From the NCBI RefSeq assembly GCF_022045235.1, contig NW_027266330.1, positions 7,688,001 through 7,752,000 of the forward strand: DNA of 64,000 nt. The letters are read 5' to 3'. This stretch comes from Haliotis cracherodii (Eukaryota). A model generated the notes under the pieces. The model was not told the DNA's origin. It searched no databases and worked only from the letters and a program-made list of their open reading frames with translations. This document shows, one piece after another, positions 1 through 12,580 of this stretch (the first letter of the stretch is position 1; every line of letters starts with the position of its first letter). A program made the position numbers and the translations under genes.

Positions 1-1148
1 TACACATGAATGTGATAAACAGAAGCATATACACATGAATGGGATGAACAGAAGCATATACAGATGAATGGGATAAACAGAAGCATATACACATGAATGG
101 GATAAACAGAAGCATATACAGATGAATGTGATAAACAGAAGCATATACACATGAATGTGATAAACAGAAGCATATACACATGAATGGGATGAACAGAAGC
201 ATATACAGATGAATGGGATAAACAGAAGCATATACACATGAATGGGATAAACAGAAGCATATACAGATGAATGTGATAAACAGAAGCATATACACATGAA
301 TGAGATAAACATAAGCATATACAGATGAATGTGATAAACAGAAGCATATACACATGAATGGGATAAACAGAAGCATATACAGATGAATGGGATAAACAGA
401 AGCATATACACATGGATGGGATAAACAGAAGCATATACACATGAATGGGATAAACAGAAGCATATACAGATGAATGGGATCAACAGAAGCATATACACAT
501 GAATGGGATAAACAGAAGCATATACACATGAATGGGATAAACAGAAGCATATACACATGAATGGGATAAACAGAAGCATATACAGATGAATGGGATAAAC
601 AGAAGCATATACACATAAATGGGATCAACAGAAGCATATACACATGAATGGGATAAACAGAAGCATATACACATGAATGGGATAAACAGAAGCATATACA
701 CATGAATGTGATAAACAGAAGCATATACACATGAATGGGATAAACAGAAGCATATACAGATGAATGGGATAAACAGAAGCATATACACATGAATGTGATA
801 AACAGAAGCATATACACATGAATGGGATAAACAGAAGCATATACACATGAATGTGATAAACAGAAGCATATACACATGAATGGGATAAACAGAAGCATAT
901 ACAGATGAATGGGATAAAGAGAAGCATATACACATGAATGAGATAAACATAAGCATATACACATGAATGGGATAAACAGAAGCATATACAGATGAATGGG
1001 ATAAACAGAAGCATATACACATGAATGGGATAAACAGAAGCATATACACATGAATGGGATAAACAGAAGCATATACACATGAATGAGATAAACATAAGCA
1101 TATACACATGAATGGGATAAACAGAAGCATATACACATGAATGGGACA
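1..1148. repeat. 29-bp minisatellite (~39 copies, runs off window start)
   Basis: Unit AAACAGAAGCATATACACATGAATGGGAT; ORFs 480-1184 and 625-1230 show a 29-aa (3-unit) period. Confidence 0.97.
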
Positions 1149-1854
1149 TACATTTACAGAGGCACTTCTGATATCCAGACGCATCTACAGATGCATGGGA
1201 TATTGATATGCACCCACATTTACAGATCATCTAACATGTCCAGTGAACGAGTTATTATTATGTTCTTATTTGTCTAAGGAAAAAAAACTTTTACAAACCT
1301 TTTCCATTAAATATTTCAAGTTCACGTGGCCTCAAAATTGCCCCAGTATTAAATGATACAATAACTCTTGCAGTCAGGTGACTGACTATACTATTTTGAC
1401 TGACTATACAATACTAGACTTTACTATTTTAGCAGCGTGTGCTGCGTACGCGCATTAACAGTACGAACTGAAAGAGAAAAAATACCGTGCGAATGTAGTG
1501 TTTAAAGCGCTACTGACCAAGTCCACTGCTGAATAGAATGCACGTAGTCACCTGACCGATTGTTACCCGGATTGTCACCACGTGGTCCAAACTCAAAGAT
1601 GTTGTTTATTGCTAGCGAAATGGATATGTATTGAAAAGCGCAGTTTGCAGTTTCTGCTGTTCACTTTTGACATCAGTGTAGTTGATAATCTTACGAGTCA
1701 CAAAGTTTAGCACCGTGAAAATATGTTTTGATGCATTTTGAAAATTAGCAATAGTAAGAAAATACTTCAATGTTGATATTTCAGATTGTCGGAGAGCAAT
1801 GAGTCGAAGCAACAAACAATGAAATAAGAAACGCCCTCATCCTTGGAAGCAAGA

Positions 1855-2010
1855 TACGGCGGCGTCTGTGATATTCGAGTCTGGACCAGACAATCCAGTG
1901 ATTGACATCATGAGTATCAATCTTTTCAATTGGAATACGATGACATGCCTAGCCAGCGAGCCTAACCACCCGATCCCGTTTCTCCCCTTACGACAAGCAT
2001 GGGTCGCTAG
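1855..2010 (-). mobile_element. SINE family A (pseudoknot-head family), internal fragment
   Basis: Matches copies at 9297-9561 and 39103-39377 (tctggaccagacaatccagtgattgac ... ttacgacaagcatggg). Confidence 0.85.
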
Positions 2011-2754
2011 AGGCGACTTACGTTTCCTTGTAATTGTGTTGAAAAAAAAGTATTCTTTAAGGAATGGACATGTTTTTATCGTGAATTACCTCTACAAGGT
2101 TCATATTCACAGAGTGTAACGTTTTATGACGTACAATTAATATCAAGAATGCATTATCACAATTTAGCATTCTTAATACTAATACATTTACGCTGCATAG
2201 TCTTACACTTTGTGGATATAGACCTTGGGGCGATAACAAAAACTGTCCATTCCTGACAAATTATGGACACGTTTTTTAATTCTCTGAAAGCGTCTCTGTA
2301 TTCTAACACTGTATAATTGTGATATCGGGGGGTCTACAAATCACAGCGTCATAGTGAGGTATAACACGACAACAGTAGTATGTATGTAGTAATATGCCAA
2401 CTATTCGTGGTTTCCAATTCTGTGGTTAGTGAACTTTTGAACCTTCTCACCTTTCACTTCTCACAAGTTTAATGTTATTCATATCTTATAGTGCAAACCA
2501 TTTCAGTATCATAATTTAAAATTTCATTCATCTAAAATACCTAATTGTTTCAATATGTTTCCAAAGTCCACTGAAATTCTATCCCCTTTGTATCATGCAA
2601 GCATTGGGCAAGCATCCACTCTAATTATACGGGGTCCTTATTCCCCGGTGCTATCTATAAATGTCAAATCAACGCCCCCTTTACGTCCCCGGATCTTACG
2701 TATGTACATGCACGTAGGTACCATGTATTTAGTCATGTTTGGGTGTTCCTAGTT

Positions 2755-2836
2755 TGTAGCGGGTGTCACCGATGGGGCGGGATACGCTCACCATTCCGCG
2801 ATTCATAAACACAAGCTTATGAATAGTAGAATGGTC
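2755..2836 (+). repeat. Unclassified dispersed repeat fragment
   Basis: cgggtgtcaccgatggggcgggatacgctcacc...ataaacacaagc similar to 28430-28548 (+) and 30680-30790 (-). Confidence 0.6.
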
Positions 2837-3369
2837 ACTGTTTACGGACACACATGCACACTCGTACACGTGCATGCACGTAGCTATATAAGTGCAATAA
2901 TTTTGAACGCAACTTTGAATACTCGCCTGCTCTTTTAAGCAAAGAAAACCACTTTTAACTAACCGAAAAGGCAAACACAGTTTATACTAACAGCTGACTA
3001 AGCTTAAATTTAAATGGAATTTCACTGTTGTTGATGACGTTATAACATTGACAAAGTCAATTGTTCATAAAGATACCAATGATAAAGTATCCAAGGTTGT
3101 ATCTTAAATAAAGCGACAAAATCCAAAATCCATATCCAACAGAAATCTCTGCATAAAATAGAGTTGATTGTACGATTCCGACTATATCATGAAAGTGTTT
3201 ATGAATTACTATCATATAGTAATGGTACCAGAAGGTGTCTGGCACAACAAAACCGACATAAGTGCGCGCACGTATGCACGCACACACACAGACCAACAGG
3301 GGCTCTAGGATAGACAGCATAATTTTGATTTTTTTGCCCGAGTCCTATGGTGTCTTTATACATTGCTCC

Positions 3370-5530
3370 TCATAGAAAGCGAAAACATTTAGACAAAACA
3401 GTGCAATTTAATAAACGAATGTATGCAGGAGTGGAAAGTAAACGTTTGGATGAAATGTGTGAGGATAATGATAGAGAGTTCTAGGAGAAGATTGGTAAGA
3501 TTGGGGTAGGTGGGGAGAGACGAAAACAGATCCCAGTGAGAGTGGTTCTAGAGGATGGAAATGTGTCTGAGAAATGGAGTGATGTACTGGAGAAGAGGAA
3601 GAATGATTATTGTAAACTGTTTTAATGGTGACGTCAGGTCAAGTGTGACAGTGAGACTGGTGACACACATGTGTTGTTCGAAGCTACAATTACTCTCTTT
3701 GAAGTAACCAGAGCGGTTGATAGAAGCCACTGTGGCAAGGCTCCTGGTGTTGACGTATTCCGATGGAATGTCTTATATCACAAGATGTTATTTCCGCTAT
3801 GCACAATATTTTTAATATCTTTTTTTAGCACAGGGAAAATCCCTGCCGTATGGTAAAGGGCATTATTAACCCCACACCAAAGTGTTCTACTTTAGATCCT
3901 TCGGATCCTATCGTATAGAGGTTTGACCCTCACCAATTCATTTGTACAAATCCTATTGTAATATTTTAAATAACCGTCTGCAATCTTGGGCTGAAAGTAC
4001 AGGAGCTCGACATGATGCCGGAAATGGGTTCCAGAAGTGTAGATCAACTACGCCTCATATTCACTCACTTTGATCTTTTATTGAAACAACAACATGTATT
4101 AAAAAGACACTTTTTCTGCCATTATTTACTTTCATAAAACGTATGATAACAGAGGTGTGCTATGGGAGAAAGTATGTAACATTGGTGTGAAAGGGAAAAT
4201 GTTTCTTGCACTTCAATCTTTATATGATAATGTGAAATGCAGTGTATATATACATGGTATGCTTACACTCTGGTTTAATGTTAATCGGGGTTTAAAACAA
4301 GGATGTTTACTCTCGCCAATTCTGTTAACTTTTTATTAATGATTTGCTTGACAAGCTAAATGAAACTGGTATTGATATTTGTGTTGATGATATTACTATT
4401 GCAGCCTCGGCATATGCTGATGATCTTATTTTACTATCAGAATCGGCAGATGATTTGAATCGTCTATTACATGTTATGAATACTTGGTTTGTAGATAATA
4501 GTATCCTTTTTAAAATTGACAAATCCAAGATTGTACACTTTAGAAATGTAAGCGTTTCAAGAACAACAGCTTTTTTTTAATATTGCTAACTCTGTTTTAG
4601 ATATTGTTGATTGTTATAATCATCTAGGAACATCTGACTATAATGCTATGGCAAAAGCAGCAGCTAAATCGCCTAACAGAGCATTAGGTCTTCTTATATG
4701 TAAATATAAGGCAATCCAGTACTTATTCCAAATTGTATGATACGATGGTCTGGCCAGTCTTGAGTTATGGGACATCTGTTTGGGGTCATCGTGCCATTTC
4801 TACTGTAAATGCCGTTCACCATCGTGCTTTGAGATTTTTCTTAGGGTTGAGGAAATACGCTCCAAATGTTGCTGTTAATGGAGATGTAGGATGGATTCCT
4901 TCGACAGTTATTGTTAGACAGTATTGTCGTTTACAAACATGCCCTTTAGATTAAATAAGTATGTTTTTTTCACGTAGCCTGAACGGTATGCTGGTGGACG
5001 TATGAAAAACTGGAATTTTAGTGTGAGGCCAAAGCTGAACGAATGGGGTCTGAATATTTCTGAGAATGTAAGCATGATATATCCATGGGGAAGTATGTGT
5101 CTGATTGGAATGAACTGTTATGCAAGTCTGGCGTAAGAACGGGTGGTGATGAAGTACGTACGTATAGAATGTTTAAAGATGTGTATGGGTGTGAAAGTTA
5201 TGTAAGTAGGCCTCGTTCCTACCGCTCTGCCTTCTCCAAAGTTAGATCAGGTACTGCTCCTCTAAAGTTGGAAACAGGCAGATATACGAATTTGAATGTG
5301 AATGAAAGAGTGTGTTTTCAGTGTTGGGAAAGTACTGAGGACGAATGTCATGTATTGCTGGATTGCCCTGTGTACGATGATTTGCGTGTGAGTTTATACG
5401 AAAAGGTCAGTTTTAGCTATCACAACTTCGTAGAGTTACGTAATGCTGATAAATTTATTTTACTTTTTAAATTTTATGTATATTTTACAGCCAACACTGC
5501 TTTTTAATTATCCAAAGAAGAAAAACATTG
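3370..5530 (+). pseudogene. Decayed non-LTR retrotransposon (LINE) ORF2, RTE-X-like reverse transcriptase
   Basis: Frameshifted pieces with GLKQGCLLSPIL, AYADDLILL, YDTMVWPVLSYG and C-terminal LETGRY..ERVCFQC..EDECHVLLDCPVY CCHC motif. Confidence 0.9.
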
Positions 5531-5959
5531 TTTGATATGGCTTGTGACCGGTAGAATAGTTTACTGATGCCACTGCCAATGGTGGTGATCAATGTATCTG
5601 ACGATATAAGGAACAAGAGTGATAGTCACACGTTAACATACACATAAGCTTTAGATTTATGCTAATTAACATTTGGAAGTCAATATTTTTTCTGAGAGCA
5701 TATTCACAAATGAGTATGTTCTGAGTGATGAAATACGATAAATCCTAGTCCTATTAACGTGTAATATTCAAAATATATAAATGTATAGTTTTAGATAAGA
5801 AAAAGAAAAGATGTAAGGAATATTATATACTGTAAAGTTTATCTGTTGTCCGGATTAATCAGTATCCTGTTTTGACAGAGCCCACTGTAACTAATTTGTC
5901 AAGAATTACACACTGCTACGTGATATATATCACGTTTGTTCCTAATACTGGATATTTAC

Positions 5960-6154
5960 CATCCCCAAACAAACAAGCGTGATAACCTCCTTATCATATA
6001 ATGTCATTCTTCAATTCTGTGCTCGAAAATCTCTTCCCATCTCCCACAAACATTACCTAAACATTCCAGGTTTTCTTGGAATGTGCGCATTAATATATAT
6101 TACGTCAGAAGGTAAGTGATGTGTCATTCGGACACTGACAGTAGCCAATATAGT
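5960..6154 (+). repeat. Dispersed repeat, inverted relative to 27648-27833 (probable non-autonomous DNA element end)
   Basis: acaagcgtgataacctccttatcatataatgtcattctt...gtagccaatatagt is the reverse complement of 27648-27833; truncated by gap. Confidence 0.75.
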
Positions 6155-6291
6155 NNNNNNNNNNNNNNNNNNNNNNNNNNNNNNNNNNNNNNNNNNNNNN
6201 NNNNNNNNNNNNNNNNNNNNNNNNNNNNNNNNNNNNNNNNNNNNNNNNNNNNNNNNNNNNNNNNNNNNNNNNNNNNNNNNNNNNNNNNNNN
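6155..6291. other. Assembly gap (N run); others at 26841-26982, 43402-43575, 63721-63929
   Basis: Runs of n. Confidence 0.99.
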
Positions 6292-7195
6292 GCAATGTGT
6301 AGTCCTGGTAAAAGTCGGGTAATAAAACATTAGCACATAATACAACATTACTATCAATGAAGCGGATCAATATTTCTCATTGCACGGCACTCCTTGTAGA
6401 AGGGGTTTATTTAAAGAAACGCCGGAACCCTAGGCCTCTTTATTGGCCTAGCGACAAGCGCGCGTTGCGCTGTTAATGGCCGGCCCTCGATGAACGTGTT
6501 TGACGTAAGAGGAAGTAGCTATCATAAACGTGTAAAGTGTAAACTGTCAGGGATAGCGGGAGGAGGCAATTAGTCATCGCGTCTGGTTGATTGTTGTGTA
6601 TGTTGTGGATGAGTGTTGTGCATGTTGTAGGATGCCAGATTGCGTGGACTGTTCATGGGGTATTTTCAGATATAATACCTCTGTATAATCAAACATGAAT
6701 GATCCGATGAAAACGTGTCACGTAAATATTTAGCACGTACACTGGTTGTTTCATAGAGGTAGTTTCTAAGTAGTTTTGGTTTGCCGTTTATTGATTGGGG
6801 GTATTTCCATTATGACCCCTCTAATAATGGCCGTAATTTCATTCATCATACATGACAGGTTAAATAGTGCTCAGGAAAATGTATGACGAGGTCTGTAAGT
6901 GATTGTGATTTAGCAGGAGTCAACGACAGTGTAACTCCCGACAGTTTCCATGTAAGTATTCAACTCTGGCCCAGACAAATACAAAGTGATAAAAACACGT
7001 CGTCAGTTGTACGATTCCAGCATATGTTGTAAGCATCAGATACATACGACGAACCGAACGTCGGAAGTACAACTGGTTTACAGTCACATCTAAACTTATT
7101 ATTATCAACGGTGTTATTATTGTGAATGACGTCGCTATATCAGTGCAATAATCTATGACGCGACGTTAAACCCCATTTCACATCACTTATCGTGT

Positions 7196-7475
7196 GGGGG
7201 CACGGGTGGCCCAATCGTCTAAGGCGCCGCGATTCGCTGTGCAGAGTTGCGTCCCTTAGGCACGCCAGAAACCTATGATTGTGGGTTCGAATCCCGGTTC
7301 GCCCCGATTATGTTTCTAGGTTTGTCAGCACCATACCCGTGCTCGTGGGTTTCACCGAAGTGGTAAACGTCTGAGACCTGCATCACTTCGGGCTTTCCTC
7401 CCACATTAAGCTGACACGCCGCGATGTAACTGGAATAATGTTAAAAGCGGCGTTAAACATAACTCACTCACTCAC
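7196..7475 (+). mobile_element. tRNA-Leu-like SINE with V-type core (family B), full length
   Basis: A box tggcccaatcgtctaagg, B box ggttcgaatcc, core gtgggtttcacc...ctttcctcccac, (CTCA)n tail; direct repeat tcacttatcgtgt at 7183-7195 and 7472-7484. Confidence 0.9.
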
Positions 7476-7485
7476 TTATCGTGTA

Positions 7486-7650
7486 TGAGTGAGTGAGTAT
7501 GGTTTAACGCCTTTTTTAGCAATACTGCAGCAATATCACGGCGGGGGACACTAGAAAGGGCTTCACGTATTGTAAGCATTTCGGAGAATTAAACCAGGGT
7601 ATTCGTCGTGACGAGGGAACGCTTTAACCACTGGGCTACCCCACTGCCCC
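7486..7650 (-). mobile_element. tRNA-Asp-like SINE (family C)
   Basis: Reverse complement of 56913-57083 copy; tail-to-tail with family B copy. Confidence 0.88.
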
Positions 7651-7943
7651 TTTATTGTGCATGAAATAGTAATGTAGTTCTGAAATCATCTAAAGTAAGG
7701 TTTGTAACGATCTTGTGAGGAAGTGTTCCCAGAACGTGTTATATGATGTCACATGATTTGTAAGGTACTTCTACTCTCCGTTTAGATGTTGGGTTTGAAA
7801 AGAACTCAATGCGTTTTGTACGAGGCGACTTAACGGATTCGGTGGTCAGTCTCGAGACTTGTGTCTAATCGTACCCGATGGCGTGGGTCATTACTCATTG
7901 GCCGCCATCACATGGCTGGAATAAAAAGGAGAGTGTCTGGGGT

Positions 7944-7974
<31 letters not shown>

Positions 7975-9296
7975 CGCAAACAAACAAACAAACATTAATG
8001 CATGACAATTCACTATATACACGACGGTCAAATCAAACAGCCGCTGTTTCTCTTTCTCCTCCTAGCTCGTTTCACGGCAACGTCATTTTACGCCTCAAGC
8101 CGTCGAATCACGTGAGTTATGGCACCACGTGGTGCAAGAAAATCCCTCACAGTTGCTGCAGACTGGTAACATTAGTGGCACGTCTTATGACAGAAACACC
8201 TCATCTCGCAGTAACCAGCGACACAGAACCTCAGCTATGTTTACATGTGTAAACTCGGCCGTCTCTTTCAACTCACGTGATTAAACTGATCCAAATTTAT
8301 ATAAAAAAGCTTACTAATTTATATAAATCGTATTCATTGAGGCAAGGTATTTTGGATAACCGCACACTTAACAGATGATAAAATGTGACTTTTTGTTATT
8401 CCTAATCTATCTATTGTATGGGTGTCTAGAATGTATCTTGTCTCTTAACTAAGGGTATAAGCAATAGATGGAACAGTAAGTATATTAACCCTGTTCGAGG
8501 ATTTCAATTTACTCCGCCACTTATAACAGATTTGATCGTAAAAATATCTAAAAAAATACAAGAATTGTCTTCACTGCGGCATATTTAAAAGCAGTGCTAT
8601 ACCCAATGTGTAATCTAATAAAGTAGAAGTTTCCGATGAACTGGCAAGCGTTCTCGTGCTTTAGACCCTTATCTAAAATAGTGTTGTACTTCCCTTTAAA
8701 GATGGGCATCGAGCCATATTAGAAAACGGGAAGACCTAAAGTACCACGGGACCCAATTACGTCACAGTTGAATTCCTTTTCTGCACACGTCAGCAGTGCA
8801 CTCTTTTCTTGAACATAAAACGCAAAGAACTTTGATTGATAAACATCTTACCGCCGTGTGTTTTGTTATAAAAGGAATACACTGAAGCCTGCCGATGGTC
8901 ATAAACAGTTAGATCAAACAACTAGATTTCTACACGAGCGTAATCAATCCACTGGGTTGTCTCCCTGTTTATACAACTGCACACATCTCGATTAACTATA
9001 AGGAAATCATCCTAATATCTGTCACTTGGCTATCTCCCCAAAATGTTTTGTTATCTTGTAAAGGAGGAGGCCTTCTACATGGCAGGTCTACTGTGGCCTG
9101 GGGAGACGCAGATATAACAGGGAGCTGGAAGACAGACGATTGAGTTGATAAACAAACCTAAGCATGCATAAACACAATCAACAAGGGGGGATTTATTCCC
9201 CTAGCCACCAGCCTGACAGGACTGTCCTTGATATGAGCTCACAAGCTGACACGACAATGAAGGTCAAGGTCGTGTAGGTTATCAGTCTGCGCATGT

Positions 9297-9561
9297 CGGT
9301 TGGTTGGTTTGTTGCTTAACGCCGTACTCAGCAATATTCCAGCTATATGACGGCGGTCTGTAAATAATCGTGTGTGGACCAGACAATCCAGTGATTGATA
9401 TCATGAACATCGATCCATGCAATTGGGATCGATGACATGCATCAACCCAGTCAGCGAGCCTAACCAGCCGATCCCGTTAGTCGCCTCTTACGACAAGCAG
9501 AGTCGCCTTTTACGGCAAGCATGAGCAGCTGAACACCCATTCTACACCGGTACTTCACTGG
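9297..9561 (-). mobile_element. SINE family A, full length
   Basis: 15-bp TSD tcagtctgcgcatgt at 9282-9296 and 9562-9576; (CAAC/CAAA)n tail; cttgtcgtaagaggcgactaa core. Confidence 0.92.
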
Positions 9562-9681
9562 TCAGTCTGCGCATGTGCTTGTATTATACACTGTACTCAC
9601 CGTACACAATATAATGATAATGGTAGTGGAGGCATTTCTAGCGTCAACTACCACGACTGTCCTTATTCTCTTGGCGCTATA

Positions 9682-9956
9682 AGGGCACGAGTGGCCCAGC
9701 CGCCTCGGGTGCAACAGTCTGTGCAGAGTTTCGTCCCTTGGGCACGCCAGAAACCTATGATTGTAGATTAGAATCCCGGTTCGTCCCGATTATGTTATTA
9801 GGTTTGTCAGTACCATGCCGGTGCTCGTTGGTTGCACCAAAGTGGTAAACGTCTGAGACCTGCATCACTTCGGGCTTTCCTCCCACATCAAGCTGACACG
9901 CCACGATACAACTGGAATACTGTTGAAAGCGGCGTTAAACCCAACTCACTCACTCA
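9682..9956 (+). mobile_element. SINE family B copy
   Basis: Colinear with 7196-7475. Confidence 0.88.
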
Positions 9957-10490
9957 TGCTGCTTCATAACCTGTGTGCTTCATGGTTCATTACTTGTGTG
10001 CTTTATTACCCCCGTGCTTTATTACCCGTGTGCTTCATTACCCGTGTGCTTCATTACCTGTGTGCTTCATTACCTGTGTGCTTCATTACCTGCGTGCTTG
10101 ATTACCTGTGTGTTTGATTACCCATGTACGTGATTGCATGTGTGCTTCATTATCTGCGTGCTTCATTACCCGTGTGCTTCATAACCTGTCCTACATTAAC
10201 CGTGTGCTTGATTACCTGTGTGCTTGATTTCCTGCCTGCTTGATTACCTGTGTGCTTGATTACCTGTGTTTTTCATGCTTCATTACCCGTGTGCTTCATT
10301 ACCCGCGTGCTTCATTACCTGTGTGCTTTATTACATGTGTGTTTCATTACCTGTGTGCTTCACAACGTGTGTGCTTCATTATCTGTGTACTTGATTACCT
10401 GTGCCTCATTACCTACGTGATTGATGCTTCTTTACCTGTGTGCTTCATTACCTGCTTGCTTCATTACCTGTGTGCTTCATTACCTGTGTT
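9957..10490. repeat. 16-bp degenerate minisatellite
   Basis: Unit CTTCATTACCTGTGTG, starts directly after the SINE tail. Confidence 0.93.
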
Positions 10491-10507
10491 GTGGGCTGTT
10501 TTCACTC

Positions 10508-10575
10508 CAGCTCGATAACGGTTTAATAATCTGCATCGAAACGTCGCTACATGCAATAAACAAGAAGTCTATAAA
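10508..10575 (+). mobile_element. Penelope-like pLTR fragment with degenerate hammerhead motif
   Basis: agctcgataacggt...atcgaaacgtcgct...aataaa resembles 36550-36610. Confidence 0.55.
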
Positions 10576-11192
10576 GCTGTTTTCGAACAAAGTCACTTGC
10601 CTAAAGATACATGCATCCAGGAACTCTCAGGGGTTTAGCTGTTGAACGCAGTCACCCATGCAACTACTCTCTGCGACCAACGTTTCGCCTCATGTGTGAC
10701 ATCTGTGCTGCGCACATGACCCTATGCCACTGTAAAACATACACGATGACATAATCTACAAGGTATGTATCGATTTTGTTTTGTTTGATTTTGATAGTGC
10801 GTCTTCCAGCAGAGCGGTCGATGGTTCGGAACGACCTGAGCATTTACAAATATTCTCGTCAATACGGGGACAAAACAGGGTCGGCTCAATCAGTATACTG
10901 TGTCTTGGGACATCAAGTTAAACTGCTGCATCGTATCTCGATGGGCTACCCCTCTAAAACGGCATTAGTCCGGACTAGTACAAGCAGACACACATGCATA
11001 CGCACACACACGCCCGCACGCGCACACATTAGTACATCCATCATAATCGTAACGTTATAGGCTCCGTTATCCCATTAAGAACGCCCGTTATATTGGGTCC
11101 TAAGTTCTATATCATTTCTCAGACAAGTCAACTTAATTTGGATCGGGTGAGCAGGCCTTGTGACTTGGCTCATGCGCGTCGTCGTACCCCGA

Positions 11193-11525
11193 CATCTTCC
11201 CGAGGCAAGAGAGTTAACTGAATGAAAAGTCCAGTTTTCACCCTTGCCGAACTAGACTGGAATTCCAGGGCCCGATCGTAGCGCCACCAGTGTTGTGATA
11301 AAACGGGGCTTATATCGCGAAGACTTGGAAAATATCTATTGACGACGAGTTGGCGGTGCACACGCTATACAAATCCTGCAATCGACCGAAATCTGCACGA
11401 CAGTTTACGAACCGGATTTTGATTTCTTTGCGCGATTTTGATTGGACTAAATGTAACTCCATAATACCAGCAAGGGTGTAAACTGGACTTTTATAGTCAG
11501 TTAACTCCCCTGCCTCGGGAAGATG
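11193..11525. mobile_element. MITE with ~55-bp imperfect TIRs (CATC...GATG termini)
   Basis: catcttcccgaggcaagagagttaactga / tcagttaactcccctgcctcgggaagatg; TSD taccccga at 11185-11192 and 11526-11533 (readable as 8-10 bp). Confidence 0.88.
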
Positions 11526-12198
11526 TACCCCGACGGCGAGGGGCATTGCTAATAGTATCAAAAACTGTATGGTCTGGTCAAGACTCGACTATTTTTAGAG
11601 CGCCGTCACATAGCTGGAATATTATTGCGTGCGGCGTAAACAAAACAACAAAACAAACACGATTCTTGACTTATAACATCAAAATGATTATTAAGAAATC
11701 TATAATGTGGTGTATGCAAAAATAATAGGTAGAATTGTATCAAGCCTTTAGTAGTAGATTTTAAAGTATGCTCACCGCCAAAAGAAACACGATAACCATA
11801 CATTGGGCTATTGTATGAAGAATAACTCATATTCAAGAGACATTGGATAGGTTCGACGAACAAAACGAACATACTGTTATCTTGTGTGAAACGACGCTTA
11901 TGAACGCCTCACATGTGACGTTATAGATCCACCATTTGTGGATCATTTGCAGTATAAGCATGTAAAGTTTGGAAATCACGAGCAGCACGTGGTGATAGGA
12001 ATAGAGAAACTCCATGGTAACACTTGACTGATTGTTAGTTTTGTCATTCAGTGGTACCCATTGGAAACATCTCTACTTAACGTACATACTTCTATGTGTG
12101 ACCATGAGATACTTATTTTTACTTTTTAATATATTTTGAAAGAAAAGTATCTTAGGAACACAAAATACAATTCACAAGCTTTAATTCATATTTATTAA

Positions 12199-12200
<2 letters not shown>

Positions 12201-12275
<75 letters not shown>
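12201..12275. repeat. (TA)n microsatellite
   Basis: Direct observation. Confidence 0.98.
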
Positions 12276-12279
<4 letters not shown>

Positions 12280-12421
12280 GTACCACAATGTGGACTCATT
12301 TTCCGACTAATAACTATTATGTAATAATTGAATAATTATAATATAGATAAAATGTTTGATTAATTGAAAGTAGACATGTATGCCGAAATGTTTTGAGGAC
12401 ATGTTTTTATTTCATTACGAA

Positions 12422-12580
12422 TGAGTGAGTATGATTTTACACCGCTATTATCAATATTCCAGCAATGTCACGACGTGGACTCCAGGAATGGGCTTCACAC
12501 ATTGTACCCATGTGGGGAATCGAACCCGGGCCTTCGGCGTGACGAGCGAACGCTTTCACCACCAGGCTACCCCGCCGCGC
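12422..12580 (-). mobile_element. SINE family C copy (further minus-strand copies at 13250-13389, 13620-13791, 15665-15830, 24691-24850, 39436-39575)
   Basis: gggcttcacacattgtacccatgtggggaatcgaacccggg (B box on minus strand) shared by the copies. Confidence 0.87.

Noticed and set aside
1-1230. Cys-rich ORFs in the 29-bp array; CRISPR-like regularity
   Set aside because: Head-to-tail units with no unique spacers; unit not a multiple of 3; eukaryotic context and no cas genes
6053-6370. ORFs spanning N runs (also 26741-27070, 43353-43631)
   Set aside because: Artefacts of assembly gaps
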